NCBI RefSeq assembly: GCF_032191835.1
Contig: NC_083235.1
Location: 15,500,001 to 15,564,000, forward strand
Origin: Heteronotia binoei
Taxonomy: Eukaryota
Direction of reading: 5' to 3'
DNA: 64,000 nt
Under the pieces are notes generated by a model. The model was not told the origin of the DNA. It did not search any database and saw only the letters and a program-made list of their open reading frames with translations. Positions 48,877-61,532 of this stretch are shown piece after piece; position 1 is the first letter of the stretch, and each line of letters begins with the position of its first letter. A program made the translations under genes and the position numbers.

Positions 48877-49768
48877 ACAATTTATGCAATAGCTCACAAC
48901 TTTAATGTCAGTAGCTCACGAAGTAGAATTTTTGCTCACCAGACACCACAGTTTAGAGGGATTTTTGCTTGTCACATGGGGATGCTACACTGTCCGCTGA
49001 TGCCCATTTTATATTCTTGGTAGTCTGTTAAATCCCACCCCCAACTTCTTCCTAGATTCCCCACCCCCCTGCATTTTTTCATTCAACCAGAGGGCAAACA
49101 GGGACTTTTTCAGACATGCAGGTTTCCCCAAACATGTTCTTATTGCAGAGGGGCTGTGAGCAGTGGGATTGCATTTTGTAGCATGTAGGTAGAAGCTGCT
49201 GCCAATGTTCCTTCCAAGCTGTGGAGTTTTGTAAGCAAAAACTCTACTTCATGAGCCACTGGAATTAAAGTTGTGAGCTCCTGCATAAATGAGTTTGCTC
49301 TGGGGCCATTTTTCCTGAGTTAAGACAAGAATGTTTAAGCTGGAGGCTAAAGAACTGTGAAGTCCAACACAGACCTGGCAACCCTATCCCCAAATGGAGG
49401 GAAGGAGGTGGGAGGGGTGTTGCAAAGAAGGGAATTAGAATGCAAAAGTGCAGTGCAAAATATAACCGGCTTGATTAGAACACGGGAGAAATGCTCAGGA
49501 GCAGCAAATTAGGATCTTTGGTGAGATAAAAACCCTCTCCCTATTCAGCCCTGGGGGGGTTCATTGTTCTGAAGTTGTGAGTGAACTCAGACTCAGCAAT
49601 CTCCCGTTGAAATCTCCCTGCGAAGCTTCTCTGTTTGAGGACTGCCAGTTTTAGGTCAGCAGTGGAGTGTGCTCTGGAAGTTTAAAACGTTCTCCCAGTG
49701 GTTTTTGAGTGTTGTAAGTGGTGCAGAGTGGTAAACTGCAGTACTGCAGTCCGATTTCTGCTCACAAC

Positions 49769-49962
49769 CAGTGTTCCCTCTAAGCTGAGGTAGTGTAAGC
49801 TAGCTCACAGATGTTTAGCCTCCAGCTCACACATTTTTGTCTTAGCTCAGGAAGGATGACCCCATAGCACACTAATTTATGCAGCTGCTCAGAACTGTAA
49901 TGCCAGGAGCTCACAAAGTAGAATTTTTGCTCACAAGACTCTGCAGCTTAGAGGGGATGTTG
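49769..49962. mobile_element. hAT MITE (CAGTGTTCCCTCTAAGCTG family) inside a Sauria SINE
   Basis: 8-bp TSD CTCACAAC; related copies near 20115-20620, 36510-36690, 37205-37395 and 47455-47975. Confidence 0.78.
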
Positions 49963-52847
49963 CTCACAACTTGAGTTCAATCCTGGCAGAAGTTGAGTTC
50001 AGGTAGCCGCCGGCTCAAGGTTGACTCAGCTTTCCATCCTTCTGAGGGCAGTAAAGTGTAGGTGACTGGGGAATGCAATTGCAAACCACCCTGTAAAAAG
50101 TCTGCCCCAAAAAGTCATGATGTGACATCACCCCATGGGTCAGTAACGACTCAGTGCTTGCACAGGAGACTACCTTAACCTTTTACCTTTTTAATTAATG
50201 TCAGATATCCATTTATTCTTTTGCATGGTGACTGACCCGTTTGTCAGTGTAGAGAGTGGAAGGACATTGATGACACTTGATGGCATGTAGAACATTTCTT
50301 TTCTACTGCAGACCGACACAGACACCCGTCTGAAATGAAAAAGTTTAAATCAATTTAGTGGTCACAGTTTCCCCCAATGATTCCTGGCTATTGTGTTCTT
50401 GTGAAGACCTTTAGAATTTCCCTTTTAAAATTCTTTTTCAAAAGAAAAAAGGGAGTACAGAAGGAAAAAGGGGAAGGGGGAAGTATAGATGCATCAATAT
50501 TTCTCAAATTGTATGAATAGTTACATACAAGTAAAATCCAGTAAAACCAACTGTTTTAGAGAAAACACAGAATTCGCATGTGAGCAAGACCCTTAGAATT
50601 TCCAAGCCATGTCACAGAACTGGCTTCTAGGTTTCCTTAGTTTCTCATGGTACTTAAATTTGAAACGGGTTTAAATCTGCGGTGTAAACAACACCCTGCC
50701 CAGGTACAGATTAGGGCTGCCAAGTTCAATTCAAGAAATATCTGGGAACTTTGGGGGTGGAGCCAGGAGCAAGGTTGTGACAAGCATAACTGAACTCCAA
50801 AGGGAGTTCTGGCCATCACATTTAGAGGGACGGCACACTTTTTAAATGCCTTCCTTCCATTGGAAATAGTGAAGGATAGGGGCACCTTCTTTGGGGCTCA
50901 TAGAATTGGACCCCCCTGGTCCAATCCTTTTGAAACTTGGAGGGTTTTTGAGGAGAGGCACTGGATGCTATACTGCAAATTTGGTGCCTCTACCTCAAAG
51001 AACAGCCACCCCAGAGCCCCAGATATCCACAGATCAATTCTCCATTATTTCCTATGGGAATCGGTCTCCTTAGGGAACAATGCAGTGGCCAGCAGAAATT
51101 CCCCACCCAGCCCCGCTTTCTGATGACCCTGAAGTGGGTGGAGGGCCTCCAAACTGGGGGATCCCTTGCCCCCACCTGGGGATTTGCAACCCTAGTATGG
51201 GAGGGTAGCTTGGGGTGGCAGCCCCCCAGTGCGGAAGTCAGCCGGAATAAAGCAAAGCCCCCAAGGCAACCAGACGGAGTGCGGCCTGCTGCCGGAATGA
51301 GCCATGTGCACCCTGGAGGAGCAGTCACACTGCTCACACCACCGGCTTTCTGGCCATTCAGACAGCCGGGAAAGGCACCGCAGAAGCACTTGGGCAATTT
51401 GTTACCACTTCCAATGTGGTAGCTTTTTGGAGCGGCATGGTGACGGTGAGGAATATGGTAAAGGCGGCAGTGGGGTGGGACCCAGATGTGCACGTTTGAA
51501 TGCACCTTTTTGGCCTGGACCTCAGCCGTTCCTGTGGCAGCTTATACTGGCCATTTAAATTCAGCCCCTGTTACCTCGTCACTGCACTAAGCAGGTTGGG
51601 TGAAAAAAAATCATCCATATGAATACTGTCATGAAGCTGCTTAAACAAAAATGAACAGGTGGCAGTGTTCCCTCTAAGCTGAGTTAGCGTGAGCTAGCTC
51701 ACAGTTTTTTAGCCTGCATCCTGGTGCTTCTGCAGACATTCTCAAAAGATTTTAGACACACACAGATATATACACAGGGCTTTTTTTGAGCAGGAACGCA
51801 CAGGAATGCAGTTCTGGCTGGCTTGGTGTCAGGGGGTGTGGCCTAATATGCAAATGAGTTTCTGCAGGGCTTTTTTCCCTTAAAAAATGCCCTCTGTGAA
51901 ATAATGGTTACATCATGGAGTGTGGCCTAATACGCAAATGAGTTCTTGCTGGCTTTTTCTATTTAAAAAGCCCTGTGTGTGTGTGTGTGTGTAAAATCAA
52001 AGTAGTATTTTTTGGTGCTTTTTGTGATCAGGCTTGAAATAAGTTTAGCTAGACAAGTTTGCCTTACTCTTGGCAAATAGACTGAATCATCTGAAGGCAT
52101 AGCAAGAACATCTGAGCTCAGAAAAAAATGGCCCCAGAGCAAACTCATTTCTGCAGAAGCTCACAACTTTAATGCCAGTAGCTCATGAAGTTGAATGTTT
52201 GCTCACAAGACTCCATAGCTTACAAGGGGTATTGACAGAAGGGCAGCGTTTTGCATCCCCCCACCCCTTGCAATATTAGGTCTGCTCAAAGTTTGGTGTA
52301 GTGTGAGTTAAGTCTGAGAGCCAGTTTGGTGTATTGGTTAAGTGCACAAATACTTATCTGGGAGAACCGGGTTTGATTTCCCACTCCTTCACTTGCAGCT
52401 GCTGGAATGGCCTTGGGTCAGCCATAGCTCTCACAAGCATTTTGTGACAAAAATATTTACAAAATGTGATTCCTACAAGAAAAAAAGTGCAATTCAGCAA
52501 CCTCATCATTTTACATACCGCATGTGCATATTTATGCATATATATATATATATATCCCACCTACCCCACAGCATATTTGTTGTGGAGGAGGAAGATAAGG
52601 GAGATTGTGAGCTGCTCTGAGATTCAGAGTGGAGGGTGGGATATCAATCCAATATTCTGCTCCTCCTCCTCCTCCATCATCGTTGCATCCTACCAAACTG
52701 GTGGGCTTGCAGGACAGTTCCATTCCAATTTCCAATCCAAGCTGCAATAGGTAGCTAGTAAAGGAATGTACACCATTGCCTTGGAAACTACCAGCCAAAA
52801 CGTCCGCAGCGGTTATCTCACTTTCTTGTTATCCCACCCCTACAGCA

Positions 52848-53789
52848 ATGAATCACAGGAATGTCACCCAGGTCTCCGAATTTTTCATCCGTGGCTTCAC
52901 CTCCCAACCCGAGCTCCAGAAGATTCTTTTCCCCTTCTTCCTCTTCATGTATCTGCTCACCCTCCTGGGGAACGTCACCATCATCTTCGTGATCCGCTCT
53001 GATGAGAAGCTCTTCCAGACCCCCATGTACTTCCTCCTCAGCTTCCTTGCAGTATGCGATTTGGGGTTTTGCAGCAACATCATCCCCAAGGCGATCGTGA
53101 ACTTGGTGTCTCAGAAAAAGACCATCTCCTACCATGGCTGTCTGACACAGATATTTTTCGCAATCTTTATTGGCAATGCAGACAGCTACATCCTGGCTTC
53201 CATGGCCTACGACCGTTTTGTGGCCATCTGCCGCCCGCTCTACTATTCTGCCATGATGAGCTACAAGCGTTGCCTTCAATTGGCAGCCATATCCTGGACC
53301 ATCCCCTTCTTCCACTCTGTGCTTTACACCGTGATGATGTCTCATGTCGAGTTCTGTAACCCTGGGGAGATCGCTCAGTTTTTCTGTGACCTTTACCCTG
53401 TTCTGGACGTTTCTTGTTCTGACTCAAGCGTTATAGATTTAGTCTTGATGACAGAGGGATTAGTGGAGATCCTGGGGCCATTTGTGCTCATTCTCATTTC
53501 ATACATCTTCATTTTCTATACCATCTTGAAGATTCCGTCAGCCGTTGCCAAGCGCAAGGCATTCTCGACGTGCGGGTCCCACATCTGTGTAGTGGTCATG
53601 TACTTTGGTGGGATAAGCTTTATTTATTTCAAGCCAAATGCCAATCACCCAGAGCACAAGGACACAGTGGCAGCTATTATGTACACCCTGGTAACCCCCA
53701 TGTTGAATCCTTTCATCTATACCCTCAGGAACAATGAGATGAAGGCAGCCATGAAGAGGGTCTACAAGAAGTATTTTCATCGATCTTGA
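52848..53789 (+). CDS. Olfactory receptor C2 (313 aa), intact
   Basis: Paralog of C1 with the same motifs; ATG 52848 after acceptor AG 52844-52845. Confidence 0.95.
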   Translation: MNHRNVTQVSEFFIRGFTSQPELQKILFPFFLFMYLLTLLGNVTIIFVIRSDEKLFQTPMYFLLSFLAVCDLGFCSNIIPKAIVNLVSQKKTISYHGCLTQIFFAIFIGNADSYILASMAYDRFVAICRPLYYSAMMSYKRCLQLAAISWTIPFFHSVLYTVMMSHVEFCNPGEIAQFFCDLYPVLDVSCSDSSVIDLVLMTEGLVEILGPFVLILISYIFIFYTILKIPSAVAKRKAFSTCGSHICVVVMYFGGISFIYFKPNANHPEHKDTVAAIMYTLVTPMLNPFIYTLRNNEMKAAMKRVYKKYFHRS

Positions 53790-54474
53790 AACTAGAGGTA
53801 CCTGTGAGATCTGTGACGGGATATACCAAGAGTTGCAGATTCTGTCAGGCACATTTGAAGAGTTCCCATTCCATTTACTGAACTGCCCTGACACTGATCT
53901 CCTTACATATTTCTTTGAGAGTGATTGCCTCTTTAAAAGGCAGATGTTTACAGAAATGCAATTTCCTTTACATTAATTTTAAAAGTGCTTTTACGCCTCA
54001 AAAGAGGATTGGATAAACATATGAAGCAGAGGTCCAACAATGGCTCTTAGCCACAAAGTATAGACGGAACACTCTGTCTAGGGCAATGATGCTCTGTTTT
54101 CTTGGTGTTTGAGGGGCAACAGTGGGAGGGCATTTGGAATTCTAGCCCCACTGGTGGACCTCGTGATGGCACCTGGGTTTGGGCAATTGGCCTGATTCAA
54201 CATGGCTTCTCTAATGTTCTCTTCCTAAGTAGTAATAAAAAATATATTCCTCTATCCTATAAAATGTGTTTCTTTCATCCCCCAAGTATTAAAAAGTATT
54301 TTCACTCTCTAAGAAGTTTTTTCTCCATCAAACCATTCACCCAGAAGTGAGATCACAATGTCTGCAGCACTTGCCTTATCCCCAGCTCTGCCTCTCAAAG
54401 CTTCCAGGATTGGCCAGATAAGCCTGGCAACCAGTGGGGAGGGCTGGGCGGAGAGACACGAGGAATGACATTGG

Positions 54475-55118
54475 CAGGGCTTTTTTTTGGTAGAAAAAGC
54501 CCAGCAGGAACTCATTTGCATATTAGGCTACACCCCCTGACACCACCAATGCTCCACACAGGCCTTTTTGAAGAAAAAGCCCAGCAGGAGCTCATTTGCA
54601 TATTAGGCCGCACATCCCTGATGCCAAGTCAGCAGGAACTGTGCTCCTGTGTGCTCCTGCTCAAAAAGAGCCCTGGATGTTGATGCGGTTGCTGATGTCA
54701 CCACCAGGTACAACCCAGAAATGGCAAAGAGGGGTTTACCCCTCTACAGAGTGGGCGCTAGATCAGGACTTTTTTTTGCAGAAATAGCCCAGCAGGAACT
54801 CATTTGCATATTAGGCCACTCCCCCTGATGTCACCACTGTTCCACACGGGGCTTTTTGTAGAAAAAGCCCAGCAGGAACTCATTTGCATATTAGGCCACT
54901 CCCCCGATGTCACCATTGTTCCACAAGGGGCTTTTTTTGTAGAAAAAGCCCAGCAGGAACTCATTTGCATATTAGGCCACTCCCCCCCTGATGTCACCAT
55001 TGTCTCATACAGGGTTTTTTTTGTAGAAAAAACCAGTCAGGAAATTATTTGCATATTCAGCCACACCCTCTAACACTAAGCCAGTGGGAACTGCGTTCCT
55101 GTTTAAAAAAAATCCCTG
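54475..55118. repeat. MITE-derived ~80-bp tandem units, each with an octamer motif
   Basis: ATTTGCAT at 54514, 54594, 54802, 54882, 54963 and 55047, within two CAGGGCTTTTT-type elements (second is 54764-55118, TSD CGCTAGAT/CACTAGAT). Confidence 0.75.
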
Positions 55119-57731
55119 CACTAGATAATAATTAGCAGTACTGGTGCTACACACCAGGACTTGGGATGTGCTGGCAGTGGGGGAGAGGGTCTTAGGACTG
55201 GGGTGTTGGTCACAGATCACACATCCCTGGTTATGGATAGGTTGGAAGAAACATGGAGGTTTGAAGAAATCTCATCTCAAACCTATCATTATAAACCCGT
55301 TCTGTTTTGATCCAACTTGCTGCTCTCAATTCTTTTATCACCTCCTGCTGCATCCACACTATGTTGATCTTTTTACCACATGGATTAGTCACACAGGTGA
55401 TCCTAGCCAGCCAGGAGTCACAGAGCAAATAGGCTGTTGTCAGGCTCTATACGGGCGTTGTGATGACATCAGTGAGTGCGTCCAGCCAATCCAGAAGAAG
55501 AGCAATACTTTCTGCATAAGTGGCATATGTGAGCCCCACCAGTCAGGGATCATATAGTTCAGGGGTGGCCAAACTGTGGCTTGGGAGCTACATGTGGCTC
55601 TGTCACACATACTGTGTGGCTCTCGAAGCCCCCACTGCCCTGACAGCTGGCTTGGAGAAGGCACCACACCGTAAAAAGTCTGCCGTGAAAATGTTGCGAA
55701 AGCAACGTCACCCCCAGAGTCGAAAACGACTGCTGCTTGCACAGGGGACTACCTTGACCTTTTAAATTCAGATTGAGGGTACTTTTCCCTAACTTTCAAG
55801 CCCATTTGAAGAAAACACTGGATACTATTCCAGAAAACTATTGCTTCTTTGAGATCCCTGCTATTTAAAATATATCTTTCTACATGGGAATTCCCAGGAT
55901 ACCTATTATCCTTCTTTGTGTGTGTTTGTGTGCTTAGGTGGTTGTTCTAGCAAACAAAAAAAGGAAACCACCTCAATAATCATAAATATGCAAGGCAGAG
56001 AGAAAATAAGTGGCAATTAGAATTTAATGACCTATTCCCAACAAATTTCAGTGGCTTCAGATAGGGAATTTATTCAGGGGTTAGTTAAACACAAAGCAGA
56101 TCCTTGGCTAATATGTGCAGAGAAGCAATCCCTGAGATTTCTCCTCTTTTGTGGGGAGGCAGTTTTATGTATGGTAGTGGATTGAGTGTGGCTCTGTGTA
56201 GTCCCAGGAGATTCAAGAGGCACTGAAGTTCTGTCTCCGCCACCCTTTTCTCTTATCTTTCTTCTCCACTTACTTCTACAAGCAATATATGGATGTGCCT
56301 ATTTTTTAAATCCCCGAGCTGCAGGGGTGGAATTCTAGCAGGAGCTCCTTTGCATATTAGGCCACACATCCCTGATGGAGCCAATCCGCCAAGAGCTTAC
56401 AAGGCTCTTTTTTTTGCAATCTCTTGGCGGATTGGCTCCATCAGGGGTGTGTGGCCTAATATGCAAAGGAACTCCTGCTAGAATTCCACCCCTGCTGAGC
56501 TGGATAGGCCAGCTAGCTGGATCTCTTCAGATTTAAAAAGCTAAGCAGGGTCAGCCCTGGTTAGTAGTTGGATGGGAGAGACCACCAAGGAAGTGCAGGG
56601 TCGTGACCCAGAGCTAAGCAATGGCAAACCACCTCTGAATGTTTCTTGCCTTGAAAACCTTATGGCAGGGGTGGCCAACGGTAGCTCTCCAGATGTTTTG
56701 TGCTTACAACTCCCATCAGCCCCAGCCAGCATGGCCAATGGCTGGAGCTGATGGGAGTTGTAGGCAAAAAACATCTGGAGAGCTACCGTTGGCCACCCCT
56801 GCCCTATGGTTCCACTGTAAGTCAATGGAGTGGCTGGACACTTCCCACTATAATGTTTTAAATAGACAAAACCATATAAGGCGCAAATAGTAGCTCTTCC
56901 TGCACTTATGACCTAATGTGGTAGTGACGGCCTTCCTATCCTCCCATGCCACCTCACCATGGCCCGCTGGGGGCAGGGTTTCTTTCAATTTTGTGGCCTC
57001 CAATTCACTGGCACAGGATTGGCCAGTGGGGGGAGCCCCACCCCTGCAGAGCTCTGTCAGCACATGATGTGCTTGGCACAATGACGTCATCCGGAAGTGA
57101 TGCGCTAGCATTTTGGCAAAAACTCTGTGGCTTTAGGATTGGCACCACAGAGGTTTTTTTTTTACCAAGATGCTAGATTGCCCCCATGTGATGTGCCCAG
57201 CATGATTACATCACTTTTGGGTGACGTCATTGCGCTGCAGGTGCAAGAAAGATCTGGCAACCTTATTCTTGCGGCAAGACAACACATTCAGCGAAGGTGT
57301 CCGTCATGGAGTAGTTAAGGCACATACGACTGGCCTGTCTTCCACTGATGGACCTCTGCTCCATATTTTTATCCAATCCCCTCTTGAAGCTGGCTATGCT
57401 TGTAGCCGCCACCACCTCCTGTGGCAGTGAATTCCACATGGTAATTAACCTTTGGGAAGATGGTTATTCTCAGGGTGGGCTGATATCAGCAAGAGAAGAA
57501 GACTGCAAATCTATACCCCACCCTTCTCTCTGAATCAGAGTCTCAGAGGGGCTTATGATCTCCTATATCTTCTCCCCACACAAGTTCCACCCCGTTCCGC
57601 AAGGCCTGTAAGACTGTTCTCTTCCGGCAGGCCTTCAACCTTCTGTAGGAGAATTCTGGAATAACCGCCATCCTGGAACTATGAGGAACATCTAATGTGT
57701 TAGCACCAAGCTGTATATTGTTTTAATCTAT

Positions 57732-58988
57732 GGCCGTTTTCGCACTAGCGTTTGCTCCGGCGTAGCGCCCCATTTACCTCCGGATCTTCTCTTGGATTTC
57801 GCACATGTTGCTCCGGCGCTGCGCTTTGCTCCGGCGCTTCAGGGATTTTACACCGGAGTATGTTTTTCAGCATGCTGCTGGAGTTTCCGAAAACCTCCGG
57901 ATGCACTCAGGATCCGCTCAGCGGAGTTTGCTGTGCGAAATCCATCCACGCCGGATTGACTGCTTTGTGGGCGTCACCCTCTCCCTTTCCGTCCTCCCAC
58001 CCCATCCACCCGCTTGGCCAATCATCAGCCTTTCGCGGCGCTTCCCCAAAGTGCCGGCACGGCCATTTTTTTTTTAAAACTTCACAGTTTTGCGTAATAG
58101 TGATATTTCGAAATTAACAAATAGAAAAAAAAAAACCCTCCTGGAATAGCCTCAATTGCCACTTCAATTGGTTTCGTTAGAATTTTTTTTTATTATTATT
58201 GACTTTAGTTGCGTTATTTCGCTGTTGCGTTATCTCGATAATGCGAAAACGACCATTGTTGGGGGGGGGGGAATCTAGTGCCGGTGCGGGCCAAAGCGCT
58301 CATGTGTGTGTGTTTTAAAAAGGGAATGCCTCCCTCAGCTGTGCCACCAGGATTTCTGGACCTGCACAAAATCGCCATGTATAAAATGGGAAGTTGGAGT
58401 CCTGCATTCTTCTCCCTGGCTACATTCCGCTCGGTTAGAAAATAGACGCGAGCTCGCTCTTCACACGCGCCACAGAAGGGGAAGGAGAGAATGGGGCGGG
58501 GGGGGGGGAGCTCTGGCAGCAGGAATCAGTCAGGTCCCCGTTGCAAGCGCCAGCCGGGGAGGGTAAAGAGAGCGGAGGAAATTGGGGGGGGGGGATCTAG
58601 TGCTTCAGAATTTGGGGGGGGGGAATCTAGTGCTAGGATTCTCCACTGTGAATGCTTCCGTTAATACATAAAGGGCTGTGGAGGATTCTACAGCTGCAGC
58701 CAATCCATAAGCAGCAGCAGCACATGTGATGCGGTTTGTCCAAGAAAAGAAGGGGAGGGAACAGCTCGATGTTACGTTAGTACGTCATTACGCAACCAGA
58801 CTTGCGCTTAAAAAAAAAAAGATTGACAGGGCATCGAACTCAAGCCGATGCCAGTGGGAAAACGATTTGAGCCGGGGCTTCAGGGAAGGCGACTCCGCAA
58901 AGAGTCACTAGTGGGAAAATGAGAAAAATGATCCGGACATAATTGCGCCGCGGAATAAGGGGAGCAAACGCTAAGTGCGAAAACGGCC
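57732..58988. mobile_element. Non-autonomous TIR DNA transposon, probably PIF/Harbinger-like
   Basis: TIRs GGCCGTTTTCGCACT(T)AGCGTTTGCTCC at both ends (27 of 28 nt match); CpG-rich interior; no convincing ORF; TSD not recognisable. Confidence 0.65.
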
Positions 58989-60561
58989 TGTGTGTTTTAA
59001 CATATATTTAATTGGTTTTATTGTTTTTATGACTGTGATCATAGCATGCTATGACTCTGATGTAAGCTGCCCTGAACCCGCCTTGGTGGAGAGGGCGGGG
59101 TACAAATCGAATTAAACATAAACAAACACAACAGACACTCTATGAGGTGGGTGTGACTGAGAGAGAATTAAACATAAACAAACACAACAGACACTCTAGG
59201 AGGTGGGTGTGACTGAGAGAGTTCTCCCAGAAGCTGCCCTTTCAAGGACAACTCCGAGAGCTATGGCTGACCCAAGGCCATTCCAGCAGCTGCAAGTGGA
59301 GTGGGGAATCAAACCCGGTTCTCCCAGATAAGAGTCTGCACACTTCACCACTACACCAAACTGGCAGTTCCAGCTGTGGTATTTGGGGCATGGGTCCTCC
59401 TGTTGTCTATTGCCAGCCTTTCCTCAATTCCCTTTTCCCTGTACTACCGGATTTCAGGGGCCCTGAGGTCCTCAAAGTAACATACTGGTTTGGAGGGGAT
59501 AAGATACCTGCTGGGGTTGTTGTCCCCTTTTGGAACAGGCCCCTACCAACTTTACCCCCTTCCAAGATGACTGAAGAGGAGCAGAGCACCTGGTTCCAAG
59601 CGGCTGGGGCTGAACTCAAAGTGAACTGTTCCAAACACTATTAGTTCTACAGCTTGCCCCTTGGAATGTGTCTTGGGCCTTGCTCAGAAGAGAAAGTTGG
59701 CTTTAGGACTGGCAACCTCCAGGTAGGTTCAATTCAATAAATATCTGGGGACTTTGGGGGTGGAGCCAGGAGACATTGGAGGTGGAGCCAAGAGCAAGGT
59801 TGCAACAAGCATAATTGAGCTCCGAAGGGAGTTCTGGCCGTCACATTTAAAGGGACCGCACACCTTTTAAATGCCTTCCCTCCATTGGAAATAATGAAGG
59901 ATAGGGGCACCTACTTTTGGGGCTCATAGAATTGGTCCCACTGGTCCAACCTTTTTGAACCTTGGAGAGGCTTTTGGGGAGAGGCATCAGATGGTATGTT
60001 GCAAATTTGGTGCCTCTGCTTCAAAAAACAGGCCCCTCCTGAGCCCCAGATACCTGCAGATAAACTCTTTGTTATACTGTATGGGAATTGGTCGCCATAG
60101 GGGATAATGGAGTGCCCAACAGGCATTTCCTTCCCCCCCACTTTTTGATGACCCTGAAGCAGGGGGAGGGCCTTAAAACTGGGTGATCCCCTGCCCCCAC
60201 CTGGGGATTGGCAACCCTACCTCCAGCATGTCCTGGAGATCTCCCAGAATTACTTTCAGTCTCCAGGCTACAGAGATCTGTTCTCCTGGAGTATATGGCT
60301 GCTTTTGCAGGTGGACCTTATGGCATTGTACCCTGCTGAGGTCCTTCCCTACCAGTCCTTTCCTTGCTTGCTCAGCTGTGAGCGCTCCATCATTCATGCT
60401 TCCAGCTGCATACACCACTCACTGCCACCAGGGAAAGGGCTGCAAGCAGTACAGATGGCTATGAACATGGGCAGTTGGAGGGTGAGTGGGTGGGATCTCT
60501 CCCAGAGGCCTGCAAAATCTGTAACTGGCCCCAGTCCTGGCCTGCGTGTTGGGGTGGCCTC

Positions 60562-61448
60562 TGTAAATGGAGCTGTGGCAGCGGCTACAAGTACAGACAG
60601 CTTCAAGAGGGGACTGGATAAACATATGGAGCGGAGGTTCATCAGTAGCTAATAGCCACAAGGTACAGATGCAACACTGTCTGGGGCAGGGATGCTCTGT
60701 CTTCTTGGTGCTTGGGGGGCTTCTGGAGTTCTGGCCCTGCTGGTGGATCTTCTGATGGCCCCTGGGTTTTGGCCATTGTGTGACAAAGAGTGTTGGACTG
60801 GATGGGCCAATGGCCTGATCCAACATGGCTTCTCTTATATTCTGAAAGCTGCTAGTGGACCTCCTGATGGTCCCTGGGTTTTAGCTATTGTGTGACACAG
60901 AGTGTTGGACTGGACAGGCCATTGGCCTGATTCACCATGGCTTCTCTTATATTCTGAAAGCCGCTGGTATACTTCCTGATGGCCCCTGGGTTTTGGCCAT
61001 TGTGTGACACAGAGTGTTGAACTGAACGGTTCATTGGCCTGGTCTAACATGGCTTCTCTTATATTCTGAAAGTTGCTGGTGGACCTCCTGATGGTTCCTG
61101 GATTTTGGCCATTGTGTGACACAGAGTGTTGGACTGGACAGTCCATTGGCCTGGCCTAACATGGCTTCTCTTATATTCTGAAAGCCGCCCGTGGACCTCC
61201 TGATGGTTCCTGGATTTTGGCCATTGTGTGACACAGAGTGTTGGACTGGACAGGCCACTGGCCTGATCCAACATGGTTTCTCTTATATTCTGAAAACCGC
61301 TGGTGGACCTCTTGATGGCTCCAACATGGCTTTTTTTATATTCTGAAAGCTGCTGGTGGACCTCCTGTTGCCTCTGGATTTTGGCCACTGTTGAGACACA
61401 GAGTGCTGGACTGGATAGGCCTGATCCAAAATGGCTTCTCATGTTCTT
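60562..61448 (+). mobile_element. CR1-type LINE 3' end with a tandemly amplified 112-bp terminal unit
   Basis: DSFKRGLDKHMERR C-terminus; ATTCTGAAA anchors at 60839, 60951, 61063, 61175, 61287 (period 112) and 61340. Confidence 0.78.
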
Positions 61449-61532
61449 AATTAAGGATAATGTGACTGGAGTGCGCACGGTCCCTTCCCTAGGTGTGTAT
61501 TTGCCTTTTGTGATTGCAGAATGGGACTCAGA

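Larger units (their letters stand above)
24657..54253 (+). repeat. Segmental duplication unit II (A2psi-[B2 block]-B3-C2)
   Basis: Direct tandem copy of unit I with unit-specific insertions and deletions. Confidence 0.9.

Noticed and set aside
387-54253. Whole duplication as a haplotype artefact
   Set aside because: About 3-4% divergence, many indels and unit-specific TE insertions exceed expected allelic difference. An artefact cannot be fully excluded for the ~99% identical B1/B2 cores.
60727-61448. CRISPR-like array (also 54475-55118)
   Set aside because: Units are contiguous near-identical repeats without unique spacers, there are no cas genes, and the context is vertebrate.
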